The position numbers were made by a program, and so were the translations under genes. From contig CAXXFV010000023.1 in the NCBI GenBank assembly GCA_963674595.2, positions 576,001 to 640,000 on the forward strand: 64,000 nucleotides of DNA, given 5' to 3'. Shown in pieces: positions 1-10,500 of the stretch. The notes under the pieces are model-generated. The model saw only the letters and a list, made by a program, of their open reading frames with translations, ran no database searches and was not told the origin of the DNA. Within the stretch, counting starts at the first letter, position 1; each line of letters starts with the position of its first letter. This stretch comes from a bacterium (lineage in GTDB: Bacteria > Zhuqueibacterota > Zhuqueibacteria > Residuimicrobiales > Krinioviventaceae).

Positions 1-645
1 CGACTTTATAAACCGGGTTTGGCTGTAAAATGTCGTAACCGGCTGCATAAAAAAATATTACAGGGTTTGAATTTAAAATCCGTCTGTGAAGTCGGTGTTG
101 GTTTTGCCGAATTTGCAAATTATTGTCGTGACAACGGAATTTCCTGGGTCGGAATAGATGCCAATGATAATTTATGTAATCTTTTGCGACAAGAAGGATT
201 TACGGTTTACAAATCAGTTATGCCCCAGTTTCCGGAGATTCAGGAAGAATGTGATGCTGTTTTTGCTTCTCATTTTATTGAGCACCTTAATAATGTTCAG
301 GAAGCTTTGGCTTTTGTTCAATCCAGCCGTGATTTGTTAAAAAGTAAGGGCGGCAGGTACATTATTCTGCTTTATCCGGATATTGAAAAGATAGGCGCCT
401 TTTTCTGGCAGGATTATACACATAGTTTTGTTACAACAAAAAAACGTATTGAAGATTTGTTGTATGATTCTGATTTTGAAATCGTAAAAAGCGGTCGATA
501 CACAGCCTGTTTTTTTCGTTTGTCCGGTTTGACAAGTTTTATCGGAAAGATTTTCCCGTACTTTTTACTGCCGGCAAAAATTGCCCTGTTTGCACGCCTT
601 TCTTTTCAGCAGCATTCTTATACAATCGCAAAAATAAAATCCTGA
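1..645 (+). CDS. Class I SAM-dependent methyltransferase (probably 5'-truncated by the window edge)
   Basis: SAM motif I 'VCEVGVGFAEF' and 'ASHFIEHL'. The frame is open from base 1 (RLYKPGLAVK...), so the true start may lie upstream. Confidence 0.8.
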   Translation, partial: RLYKPGLAVKCRNRLHKKILQGLNLKSVCEVGVGFAEFANYCRDNGISWVGIDANDNLCNLLRQEGFTVYKSVMPQFPEIQEECDAVFASHFIEHLNNVQEALAFVQSSRDLLKSKGGRYIILLYPDIEKIGAFFWQDYTHSFVTTKKRIEDLLYDSDFEIVKSGRYTACFFRLSGLTSFIGKIFPYFLLPAKIALFARLSFQQHSYTIAKIKS

Positions 646-660
646 TCAGGATTTTATTTT
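631..660. repeat. Perfect 30-bp palindrome spanning the abutting stop codons of two convergent genes
   Basis: aaaataaaatcctga|tcaggattttatttt read directly; symmetry breaks at 630/661. Confidence 0.9.
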
Positions 661-1752
661 CTGACGGTATTCTGATGGTGTTAATCCTGTGGTTTTTTTA
701 AATATGGCATTAAAAGCTGATTTTGAATTGAAACCACATTCATAACCGATGGCAACAAGGGTCAGGTAGTTATATTTCCTGTCTTTTATTCTTCTTTTTA
801 CTTCTTCAACGCGATATTCATTAATAAAAGTATAAAAGTTTTTCAACATCCCTTCATTTAAAATCTGCGTTAAATAGTGGCGGGAAATATCCAATTGCTC
901 CGCCAAGTCCTGGATGGTAATTTCCGGCAACAGATATGGTTTTTCTTTTTGCATGTATTCAAGCAACTTGTTTTGATATTCCATTGCTTCTTTGGGGTCC
1001 AGTCCCGATCTTTTATATTTTGAATTTTTTGCTTGTATATTGGTAATAGAATAAGCTTTAAAAAGTGCGGGTTGTTTAATTCCGAAATAGCTTACCACAA
1101 AAGTAAAAAATGTCAGTCCAATTCGTAAATAAAGATAGGGATCTATTTTTACGGCGTAGAAAATAAAAAGCAAACTGGAACCAAAAAACAATATATATGT
1201 CAATATAAAAATAAACAAAACGACTTTAATCCAGTTGAGTGTTACGCTTTGTAAGGTATGTGAAAAGCGGTCTTTAAGGTGTTCTTTATGCTTTTTTGTC
1301 TTTCTCTGCACAAGCCAGCTATACAGCATAACTGAACAGAGAAAATAGGCTGCAAACAATAACCGGAACCACAAAGCACTGTCTATTTTTAAATATTTAC
1401 TCGTTTGAAAAGTCGGTTGACCGGGGAAGAATATCAGGTAACTGATTATAAAAAATATAAGCGGCAGAGCGTGGCACAAATATTTAATTTTAAATTTTGG
1501 ATTTTCGGAAATCAACATTAAAACATATATATAAAGCAGCGGGGCATAAATCAACGGCAGCATAAGAATGATGGGTGAATGAATAAAAAAATGGTCAATT
1601 TTAATATCCATTAGTGAAAGGGCCATTTCCAGACTGATTAACAGCAGCCAGAGAGCCAGAATTTTATCAGCAATAAATGAAGGCTTTTTAGTAATAACAA
1701 TAAAGCTTGCAAAAAAGGACTGTGACAACCCGATGTATAAAACTGCTTCCAT
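646..1752 (-). CDS. AraC-family transcriptional regulator with multi-TM N-terminal sensor
   Basis: About 7 hydrophobic segments, then AraC HTH 'EITIQDLAEQLDISRHYLTQILN...NFYTFINEYRVEE...IGYECGFNSKSAFNAIFKKTTGLTPSEYR'. Confidence 0.92.
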   Translation of the reverse strand: MEAVLYIGLSQSFFASFIVITKKPSFIADKILALWLLLISLEMALSLMDIKIDHFFIHSPIILMLPLIYAPLLYIYVLMLISENPKFKIKYLCHALPLIFFIISYLIFFPGQPTFQTSKYLKIDSALWFRLLFAAYFLCSVMLYSWLVQRKTKKHKEHLKDRFSHTLQSVTLNWIKVVLFIFILTYILFFGSSLLFIFYAVKIDPYLYLRIGLTFFTFVVSYFGIKQPALFKAYSITNIQAKNSKYKRSGLDPKEAMEYQNKLLEYMQKEKPYLLPEITIQDLAEQLDISRHYLTQILNEGMLKNFYTFINEYRVEEVKRRIKDRKYNYLTLVAIGYECGFNSKSAFNAIFKKTTGLTPSEYRQKIKS

Positions 1753-1813
1753 ATTTCTCCCTCTGTTTTCATAAATTTACAAAAGGGAGAGGGTAATTGC
1801 AACGTTGATTTAA

Positions 1814-1843
1814 CAGCAAGGCTTAAAAAATTAAGCCTTGCTG
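1814..1843 (-). terminator. Stem-loop, putative terminator of the 1851-2255 gene
   Basis: cagcaaggcttaa-aaaa-ttaagccttgctg, perfect 13-bp stem a few nt past the stop codon; U-tract weak. Confidence 0.65.
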
Positions 1844-1850
1844 AAACAGT

Positions 1851-2255
1851 TTATTGTATTGTGAGCGTTAATGTCGCTGCTTTCCCAAATGTATTGTTTT
1901 CCAGACTTTTTGATATAATCTCTTTACCGTCTTTATCTATAACGGTAAAGTCAAGATTAATGACCCCGTACGGTGCGTCATAGGGAATGATGCTGGTTAA
2001 TTCCCATACATTTTTTTCCGAATTTTTCACTGCTTTAAGGTAATAGGGATAGACGGCTTCTGCATATTCCCGAGGAATAAAAGAAACCTGTTCTATATCC
2101 AGTTTGGCTCCTGAAAGTTCCATACTTACTTTAATTGAATCGCCCGGTGAGGCGGTGTTTGGTTCCAGGGTTGTACTAATAACTTGCAATTGTTCGCCAA
2201 AACAAATGCCGGAATATAAAATAGCACTCATAAATAATATGACAAGTTTTTTCAT
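1851..2255 (-). CDS. Small secreted hypothetical protein (beta-rich, possibly Ig-like)
   Basis: ATG at 2255 with GGAG upstream; signal peptide 'MKKLVILFMSAILYSGICFG'; 'PNTASPGDSIKVSM' pattern. Confidence 0.65.
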   Translation of the reverse strand: MKKLVILFMSAILYSGICFGEQLQVISTTLEPNTASPGDSIKVSMELSGAKLDIEQVSFIPREYAEAVYPYYLKAVKNSEKNVWELTSIIPYDAPYGVINLDFTVIDKDGKEIISKSLENNTFGKAATLTLTIQ

Positions 2256-2620
2256 AATTTTTTTCTCCAAAATCATTTGTGCTTTTTAGTTAATTTTTTC
2301 AACGTACTAATAAATGAAAATGTTTCCAAAAAATCGACCATTTAATTTATCAGGAGGTCTTAACCGCCGGGTTTGGACGTTCAAAATTTGAGTAAATCAT
2401 TATCGGGTTAAAATTTGGATAAAATGAATTTTGGTAGATCCGGATCGATAATATTTTTTGTTCATAATGAAAAGTAATTGGAATTTCATTTCCATTTCCT
2501 TATTTTAAATCGGTTCAATTTTTTTAAGAAAACATATATCATATTTTTTTGATTCCCCAGGCAGTAAAGAGAAATAAAACCAGTCCGATATTTTTTTAAA
2601 CATGGATGGTGAGGAATTAA

Positions 2621-3091
2621 ATGCTTCATTTTGACATTCCCGGATTTAAAGATATAACGATTACCCAGGCCCTTTTTGATTATAATGGGACGCTGGCCGT
2701 TGATGGAATCCTGATTAAAGGTGTTGCGGATTTGATGGTCCGGTTATCCAGGCATGTTGATATTCATGTTGTTACTGCCGATACCTTTGGAGCTGTTGAA
2801 AAACAACTGGACGGTTTACCTTGCCGGCTTTGTATTATTCCTTCGGAAAACCAGATGGTCCAAAAATTGGATTATGCGAAAGAAACTGGTTTAAACAATA
2901 CGGTTAGTATCGGCAATGGTAGAAATGATCAGCTTATTTTAAAAGAATCGATTTTAGGAATTGCTATCCTGCAGAAAGAGGGTGTTGCAAAAGAGACTCT
3001 TTTAAATGCCGACATTGTCTGCACTTCAATAATCGACGCAATCGAACTGCTTCTATCCCCCAAACGACTTGTTGCTTCCCTGCGAGCCTGA
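2621..3091 (+). CDS. HAD-superfamily hydrolase (soluble P-type ATPase-like, COG4087)
   Basis: Motifs 'FDYNGTLA', 'TADTFG', 'IGNGRND'; RBS GAGG. Confidence 0.85.
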   Translation: MLHFDIPGFKDITITQALFDYNGTLAVDGILIKGVADLMVRLSRHVDIHVVTADTFGAVEKQLDGLPCRLCIIPSENQMVQKLDYAKETGLNNTVSIGNGRNDQLILKESILGIAILQKEGVAKETLLNADIVCTSIIDAIELLLSPKRLVASLRA

Positions 3092-3208
3092 TTCCCCATG
3101 AACTGTGATATTACTGTTATGCTTTGCTGGCGTTGAACAGTTTTTGTATTATAAAGAATAATGGATATAATTATAATCTGATATTAAACTAAATGACGGA
3201 GAAAAAAC

Positions 3209-4210
3209 ATGAGATATATTTTGTTTTGTTTTTATGCTGTTTGTCTGTTTTTTAACCAGTTTACTTTTGCGCAAGAAACAAACTCAACCCGTCCTGTCGT
3301 AATTGCACATCGTGGTGCATGTGGGTATGTCCCTGAACATACGGCAATCGGTAAGGTTATGGCATGTGCTATGGGTGCGAATTTTATTGAGCAGGATATC
3401 AGCATTTCCAAAGATGACCGGGCCATTGTTATTCACGATAATGTGCTGGAAAATGTTACAAACGTTGAGCAGGTTTTTCCCGACCGTCATCGTGAGGATG
3501 GGCATTATTATGTCGTTGATTTTACTTTGAAAGAGATTAAAAAATTAAATGTCCATGAAAGAACAGACAAGGGCGTTAAGGTAAGATATCCAGGGCGTTT
3601 TCCTGTTTCCGGCGGCCCTGCCTTAAAACTGTTGACTCTGGAAGAAGAAATAGAATTGATTCAGGGAATTGAAAAAAGTACAGGAAAAAAATACGGCTTG
3701 TATCCGGAATTGAAAACTGTTGCCTTTTATACAAAGGAAGGGAAGGATATTGCCAAAATTGTTTTGGATATTCTTGATAAATACGGATATAATAAAAAAG
3801 AATCCAATATTTATGTTCAATGTTTTGAACCGGATGTGCTAAAAAGATTAAGGACTGAATTTAATTGTAAATTAAAATTAATTCAATTGATTAGCGGTTC
3901 CGGTAAAGTATATGATGACATGGTGACTCCTGAAGGTCTGGATAATGTTGCAGCCTATGCGGATGGCATTGGGCCTGGTTTTACACGATTATTACAACTC
4001 AAAGATGGTGTGGTAACAACAACTGACCTGGCCAGGCTGGCACATGAACGTAATTTAAAAATACATCCATATACACTCCGCTATGATTCCCTTCCTGAAA
4101 ATGTTCGGTTTGAAGAGTTGCTTTATGGTTTGTTTTGTGTTGTAAAGGTGGACGGCGCTTTTACGGATTTCCCGGATAAAGTTGTTTCATTTTTAGATAA
4201 AATATATTAA
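3209..4210 (+). CDS. glpQ: Periplasmic glycerophosphodiester phosphodiesterase
   Basis: Signal peptide; 'VIAHRGACGYVPEHT', 'IEQD', 'IHD', 'YPELK', 'ADGIGP', 'HPYT', 'FTDFPD'. Confidence 0.92.
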   Translation: MRYILFCFYAVCLFFNQFTFAQETNSTRPVVIAHRGACGYVPEHTAIGKVMACAMGANFIEQDISISKDDRAIVIHDNVLENVTNVEQVFPDRHREDGHYYVVDFTLKEIKKLNVHERTDKGVKVRYPGRFPVSGGPALKLLTLEEEIELIQGIEKSTGKKYGLYPELKTVAFYTKEGKDIAKIVLDILDKYGYNKKESNIYVQCFEPDVLKRLRTEFNCKLKLIQLISGSGKVYDDMVTPEGLDNVAAYADGIGPGFTRLLQLKDGVVTTTDLARLAHERNLKIHPYTLRYDSLPENVRFEELLYGLFCVVKVDGAFTDFPDKVVSFLDKIY

Positions 4211-4234
4211 GCCCTCAATTTGAGGGCTTTTTTT
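4209..4234 (+). terminator. Intrinsic terminator between convergent genes
   Basis: aagccctca-att-tgagggctt ending in a T7 run. Confidence 0.8.
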
Positions 4235-4250
4235 ATACCATATTCTGTTT

Positions 4251-5048
4251 TTAATTTTTCATATGTTCTAAAATGAAATCGACAATAGGAGTGGGATCTT
4301 CCAAACCGTGTGGATGATGACCGATCCCTTCTTTGTGTATTACTTTAATCTCTCCGCCAAGTTCTTTATATCGTTGTTCCAGGATTGCTGTGTTTTCTGA
4401 AACCGGTACTGTTTTATCGTCATCTCCAACGACGTGTATTAATGGAATTTTTGCATCTGCCAAAGGTGCCAGATTGTCGATGGGATTACATTTTGCTTCG
4501 ATGGCTTGCTGTTCTGTCATGCCATATTCTTCCAAAAGTAAAAGCCAGTTTTGTGGTTTTACAGTACCTTTCCCTTTTGGCCAGCTTTTAATATCGCATA
4601 CAGGAGCATCAGCGTATATGCAGTGTATTTTATCAGGATTTTTTGCCGCCCAATTATAAATAATGAGGCCACCACGGCTAAGTCCTTCAAGCACTGTTTT
4701 TTTATCAAAATTAAATTCATTTACCAGGTAATTATAATAATCATCCCAAATAGCCACGGCCCTTGGCGATCCGAATAAATTAGAGACATCAATATATGCA
4801 ACATGAAATCCTTTTTCCAGCAGCGCGATCTCTGTTTGTGGTGCGTGTCCGAAAAAGCGGGCGCGCCAAATCCAGGGTTTACCCTTTGCTGCTTTATGAG
4901 GTTCAACGATTGTGCATTCTCTGCCGTTGTACTTGAAATCATAGCGGTTAAAAGAATTATACGTTGATTTTTCTCCTGGGTAATGAGTTGTTTCAGAGGA
5001 ACAATAAAAAAGGCCTAAAATCAGGGTGAGTAGCAGTGTTTTGTACAT
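4251..5048 (-). CDS. Alpha/beta hydrolase (esterase/peptidase S9-like), probable lipoprotein
   Basis: Nucleophile elbow 'GLSRGG', 'GDDDKTVP', 'GHHPHG'; ATG at 5048 gives a lipobox-like 'MYKTLLLTLILGLFYC'. Confidence 0.85.
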   Translation of the reverse strand: MYKTLLLTLILGLFYCSSETTHYPGEKSTYNSFNRYDFKYNGRECTIVEPHKAAKGKPWIWRARFFGHAPQTEIALLEKGFHVAYIDVSNLFGSPRAVAIWDDYYNYLVNEFNFDKKTVLEGLSRGGLIIYNWAAKNPDKIHCIYADAPVCDIKSWPKGKGTVKPQNWLLLLEEYGMTEQQAIEAKCNPIDNLAPLADAKIPLIHVVGDDDKTVPVSENTAILEQRYKELGGEIKVIHKEGIGHHPHGLEDPTPIVDFILEHMKN

Positions 5049-5082
5049 AGGAAATCCGTTGGTTTGTGTTTTTGTTAACAAT

Positions 5083-5110
5083 GAAAAAGCCTGATTTGTC
5101 AGGCTTTTTC
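5083..5110. terminator. Intrinsic terminator (bidirectional type) downstream of the LVIVD gene
   Basis: gaaaaagcctga-tttg-tcaggctttttc, perfect 12-bp stem with A/T tails. Confidence 0.8.
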
Positions 5111-5134
5111 AATATGGATAATAAATATAAAAAT

Positions 5135-7516
5135 TTATTTTAATAAAATCATTTTTTTCTGTTCAATATTATTACCTGTTTTTAGCTGATAATAATAAGT
5201 GCCGGAAGGTAGATTGTAGGCATTAAAGTTTATTTTATGTAAACCTGTTTGTCGATGTTCATCAACCAATGTCGCGACTTTGCGTCCCAACATATCAAAG
5301 ACATCGAGTTTAACATGCGACGGATTGTTTAGCTGAAATTCTATTGTTGTTTCCGGATTAAACGGATTGGGATAGTTTTGCATCAATTGCAGCTCTTGAG
5401 GATATTGTATCTGTTTGTTATTATTTCCTACATCCGAGCTGCCGCCTAATATAAACGCGAGCGCCAGTATACCCAGTGAACCATAAAAAGTTAATGATGT
5501 CGAATCGCCGTATCCGCTTAAAATAAAAAAGTAAAGAACGCCTGCGAGAATAAATAACATAGCTAATGAAAAGATGCTTTCCAATGTTGGAAATACCCCT
5601 ATAAGCCCAAAGGTGATTCTGGAAAAGAGTAATAGTTGACCAATATATAAAGCTCCACCCTGAGCATTGTCGATTGAAGGTTGTTTATTATTTGTTTTTG
5701 CTGCGTTGAAATAAACAGGAGCATCTATTTCCGGGTTTTCATCCACTGTTCCGATGACGTTCGTTAATATATAATCGTTAACTACCTGTATGCTCCAAAT
5801 TGTACCTTGTCCCGTACGCGTGTTAACTAACTGAGGTGTGGCAATATTTGTTAAATTAAATGCTTCCATAAACCATCCGTTTGCTGTTGTATTGCTGCCT
5901 ATCAATGCCAGTGTATCCTCTACACTAATACACATGGGTATCCCTTGAGTCGGGATTGTTGATATGGTTGCAAGATTGGTTTTATCATTCAAATTTAATA
6001 TTTTAACACTGTTATTGTTTTCATTAACCGAAGAGGCAATAAACGCCGTTGAATGGTTTGAGGAAACGGATAAAGCCCGTGCTTCGCCTTCAACAGGTAA
6101 TGACGCTAAAATTTCTATGTTTTCCGGATCTTCAATATTTAGTATTTCAAATGTTGATGCATCGGCATCGTTATAGCTTAGAACATAGGCCAATGAATCT
6201 TGTGCATAAAGTCCGCGTACATTATCATTTTCAGGTAAAAACAGGCCGGTTTGAGTAATGTTGTTTATATCCGTTGTGTTTAGAAACATTATCGTGTCTT
6301 GGCGAACAGCCAGGATCAATCCGCTTATTGCGCTTAGCCTGGTCAGACCTCCATAGTTCCAATCACTGGCAATAAAGGTGGGAATTTGTGAATCCTGAAT
6401 TTGGTAAAACCATAATCTTTCATCTCCTGCTACTATCAGTGTATCATTTACTGATGTCATATATTGAACAGACTTGGGAGATTCGAAAGCTTCTGCCAGT
6501 GTTGGTTGGGCAGGATCAGAAACATCAATTTTCATAAATGCACAGGATGAATTAGTAAGACCTAAATATACAAACGGGTATTCCACTTGCATGATTTTTG
6601 GTGTCGGCCAGGCTCCTTTGTCAAATTCATAATATCCTAAAATTGATGCCTGAGAGGCATTTTGAACATCTGCAATAAAAAGAGTCATACTGCCAACACA
6701 TGTTAGATATGCTTTATTGTTTTCTATTTCAACACAGCTTGGTGATTTGTATGATGTGATATTGTCTTCTTTTATAAAGGTTGGTATAAAGTTTAATCTG
6801 TTCGGATTCGTTTTATCACTGATGTCAACAATTCCCAATCCGATATCCGGATATTCATCGTAACCCAGATAAGCTGTATTTTGAATCAGGTCAATAGTCG
6901 CTATTTTGGGTGATTCTGTTTTTGATACAAGTTCAGGATTGGCGGGATTAGAAATATCATAAATTATTAAATGGTCTTCCGTTCCAACAAGTAAAGTTGA
7001 GCCGGTTCCTTTTACTGACAATGCATCTTCAACCGGTATTGTTGATTCGAATTGAATATTTTCGGGATCAACGATATTAATAATAGTCAGCACACCATCT
7101 GAGGCATGAAAGGCATATCCATCTGAAAAGGTGACTGTTTGTGGAAACTTGCTGGGAAGAGAAAATTGCTGCCGTATTTGGGGATTGAGTGGGTCTGTTA
7201 TATCAATGGTTTGCAGGGAAGAGTCCGACCATTGGTAAAAAACAAAAAGGGTATTATTTTTAATGAACATAAGATTCGGTTCTGCAGGCAGTTCAAAATT
7301 GCCTTTTGTTTCAAAAGGTGATTTTGAAACATCAACGATTGCAAGCGTTGTGCTTTGTGAAATGTAGGCCAAATTTTCTTTAACAACTGCACAATTAGGC
7401 CAACCGCCAATTCTGGAACGGCTGTCAAGTTCCGGGAGTTCCTGGGCAAAGACAGCATTAAAAAAAACTAATATGGTAAATAAAATACATTGATAAATTT
7501 TAAATAACTTGACCAT
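5135..7516 (-). CDS. LVIVD-repeat beta-propeller protein with T9SS type A C-terminal sorting domain
   Basis: Signal peptide; repeats 'LAIVDVS', 'LIIYDISNPANP', 'GIVDISDKTNP', 'KIDVSDPAQP'; C-terminus 'QNYPNPFNPETTI...LPSGTYYYQL...KKMILLK'. Confidence 0.88.
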   Translation of the reverse strand: MVKLFKIYQCILFTILVFFNAVFAQELPELDSRSRIGGWPNCAVVKENLAYISQSTTLAIVDVSKSPFETKGNFELPAEPNLMFIKNNTLFVFYQWSDSSLQTIDITDPLNPQIRQQFSLPSKFPQTVTFSDGYAFHASDGVLTIINIVDPENIQFESTIPVEDALSVKGTGSTLLVGTEDHLIIYDISNPANPELVSKTESPKIATIDLIQNTAYLGYDEYPDIGLGIVDISDKTNPNRLNFIPTFIKEDNITSYKSPSCVEIENNKAYLTCVGSMTLFIADVQNASQASILGYYEFDKGAWPTPKIMQVEYPFVYLGLTNSSCAFMKIDVSDPAQPTLAEAFESPKSVQYMTSVNDTLIVAGDERLWFYQIQDSQIPTFIASDWNYGGLTRLSAISGLILAVRQDTIMFLNTTDINNITQTGLFLPENDNVRGLYAQDSLAYVLSYNDADASTFEILNIEDPENIEILASLPVEGEARALSVSSNHSTAFIASSVNENNNSVKILNLNDKTNLATISTIPTQGIPMCISVEDTLALIGSNTTANGWFMEAFNLTNIATPQLVNTRTGQGTIWSIQVVNDYILTNVIGTVDENPEIDAPVYFNAAKTNNKQPSIDNAQGGALYIGQLLLFSRITFGLIGVFPTLESIFSLAMLFILAGVLYFFILSGYGDSTSLTFYGSLGILALAFILGGSSDVGNNNKQIQYPQELQLMQNYPNPFNPETTIEFQLNNPSHVKLDVFDMLGRKVATLVDEHRQTGLHKINFNAYNLPSGTYYYQLKTGNNIEQKKMILLK

Positions 7517-7542
7517 ACATCCTCCTGTTTTTTTTATGAGAA

Positions 7543-10500
7543 TTATTCTTTTGGAAAAGTGATATTAAATATTGTTCCGTTTTTTTCAGATATTTTAAGC
7601 GTTCCGTCAATTTGTTCGACAAGCAGGTTAATTAAACGTAACCCCAAAGACTTGAATTTGCTGATTTTTAAATCTTTTTTTAGACCGATGCCATTATCAA
7701 TCACTTTTAAATCATACTTGTTATGCCCGAGTTCTTTAAAAATAATTTCAACCTTTCCCTCTTTTTTGTCCGGAAAGGCATGTTTGAGAGCATTTGTTAC
7801 AAGTTCATTGAGAATTAAGCCAAAGGGAATAGCCGTGTTTATATCCAGAAATATTTTATCAACATCATACTTTATAGAAATTGATCTGTTTGCATCATAT
7901 ATATATACCAATTCTTTTGTTAATGATTTAATATACTCAAAAAATTCTATACTGGAAAAGTCTCGGGATTCGTAAAGTCTTTCATGTATTAATGCCATAG
8001 AATGTATACGATTAACGCTTTCCTTGAATGCTTCATTTACCTCACATTTTTTATCCATGGCCATGGATTGCAGGTTTAACAAACTGGTGATAATATTTAA
8101 ATTGTTTTTAACCCGATGATGGATTTCCTTGAGCATAAATTCTTTTTCTTTCAGGTTTTTTTGAAGTTGAATTTCTGCCTGTTTTTTTTGGGTTATGTCC
8201 TCAAAAATTGTATAAACATTATCCGGTTTTTTTGAATTAGGCTGATATTGTGGAATGGCGTTGATATTTATCCATATCCATTTGTTTGTTGTTTCATTAA
8301 ATAATCCCATAACCTGATTTTTTACTTCTAAACCTGTTTCAAGCGCTATTATTGCGGGTTGTTCTTTAATAAGGTATCTGGAGCCGTCTTGATGAATTGT
8401 CTTAAACATGGAAAATGGAGATTTATTTTTTTTCATGTCTGCCAATGGAATTTTTAATATATTTTCAGCCGCAGGATTAACGTTTAGAATTTTTCCTTTC
8501 GAGTCCTGATAGATGACACCCTGTGTCATTGTTTCAAATAACATTCTGAAATTTTTTTCATTTTCTCGAAGGGCTTCTTCCGTTAACATTCGTTCTAATT
8601 CTGCAGATGCCCGGTCTGCAAATGCTGTGAAAATTGATTTTGAAAATTCTGACTTTAACATTGGCTTGTCATCCAATGCTACCATTATGCCCAGCGGTTG
8701 TCTTGTATTGTTAAAAAGGGGAATACCCATATAACTTATAATTCCCATATCAGACAAAAGTTTATCTTTGGGAAATAGAGTACAAATATCATTTTCGTAG
8801 ATACATATTGTTTTTCCAATAACATTTTCACAAGGTGTGTTTTTCAGGTTATATTCCATATTTTCTAATATGGTATTATTTTCACACAATGCAATTGTTT
8901 TCACAGTGTCTTGCTTTGTTCCTGTCACTTGTCCAACGAATACATGGCGAACATCCAATACATTTGAAAGTCCCAGGATTAAATTACGGAAAAACATATC
9001 GCCTGTTGCGTGCTCTGTCCCTTTTAAAATGGTTTGCAATGCCAGCTCAGCATTCCTTTTTTCTGTAATGTCGGTAAGAATGACAAGGCATCTATCATAG
9101 ATGTTTTGTTCGTTTTGAATTGGTTGGATCTGAGCAGAGAACCACATTTTCTCACCGCTGATAACTGTTTCATCTATTGATGAGATTGTAGTGCCGGAGT
9201 TAATAGCCTTTAAAATCATTTCCATTTGTATATCAGCAATGTGTTTGGGAAATATATCCCACATGGTTTTTTCAGCAAAATTGGTCGGAGTGCCTCCCAG
9301 AAATTTTGCCGCTGCAACGTTCATAAATAAAAACTGTCCGTCTTTATTTATTGTAAAAATCGGCTGGATAGCTGAATCAACTAAAATTCTATATTGTTTT
9401 TCGCTTTCAATAAGAGCCTGTTCGGCGATTTTGCGTTCTGTAATATCTATAACCAGTGCATACACACCGACAATTTTTCCCTTGTCGTTTCTGTGCGGTG
9501 TTAGTGTTGCCTGAGTACATTTTTTTCCAAGGTTTGGCGGCTCCCAATCTAACTCGTAGGTTGTAATTTGGCCGTTTAATGCTGTTTTGAAATATGGCAG
9601 GATGTTTTGAAATACAGATTCTCCGACTACCTTTTGCATATGCTTATTGATTATATTTTTTTTAGGGATGTTAAACCATTCTTCATATTTGTTATTTACA
9701 TATTTATATTTCATGTTTTTATCAATATAGGATATCAGCGCGGGCAGCGAGTTTGCAATAAGGTCCAGCTTTTGCTTTTCATTAGAGAGTTCTGTCTCGA
9801 TCCTCTTCCGTTTTGTAATATCTGTCATTGTGCCAATCATTCGGACCGGTTTGCCCTTATTATCTTTTGCTACGATTTTTCCCCTTTCCAATACCCATTT
9901 CCAGGTTTTATCTCCGGATTTAATTCGATGTTCCTGCTGCCAATAGGGCAAATTCCCTTTTAAACATTTATGTAAGGACGCCAGGACTTTTTCTTTATCA
10001 TCCGGGTGCAGCCTTGTTGCCCATAAATCATAAAACGGTTTCTCAGATTCTGCGTGAATCATTTTGAGCCATGCCGGGCTATAATAAACAGAACCATTTT
10101 TGATATTCCAATCCCACAAACCGTCCGCTGTTGCGTCCATTGCCAGGCGATATTTTTCTTCGCTCTCGCGAAAGGCTTGTTCTGCTTTTATACGGTCCGT
10201 AATATCCAGACCTGAACTGAGTGTCCCGGTAATATTTCCAAGCTTGTCTTTAAGGTATGAATTATGCCAGATGATTGTTTTTTCTTCACCATGTTTGGTG
10301 ATTATAACATTTTCATTATATTCTACAGGTTTAACAAGACCTTTTATGATTTCGGAAAAGACTTTTTTTACATTTTTTTGAACGGAACTCGGCAGGAAAT
10401 TTTCGAACCAGTTTTTACCAATGATTTCATCTTGATCGTATTCCAGGATTTCGCAGCCTTTTGGATTGATACGGCTGACATTTCCATCCAGATCGAGAAT

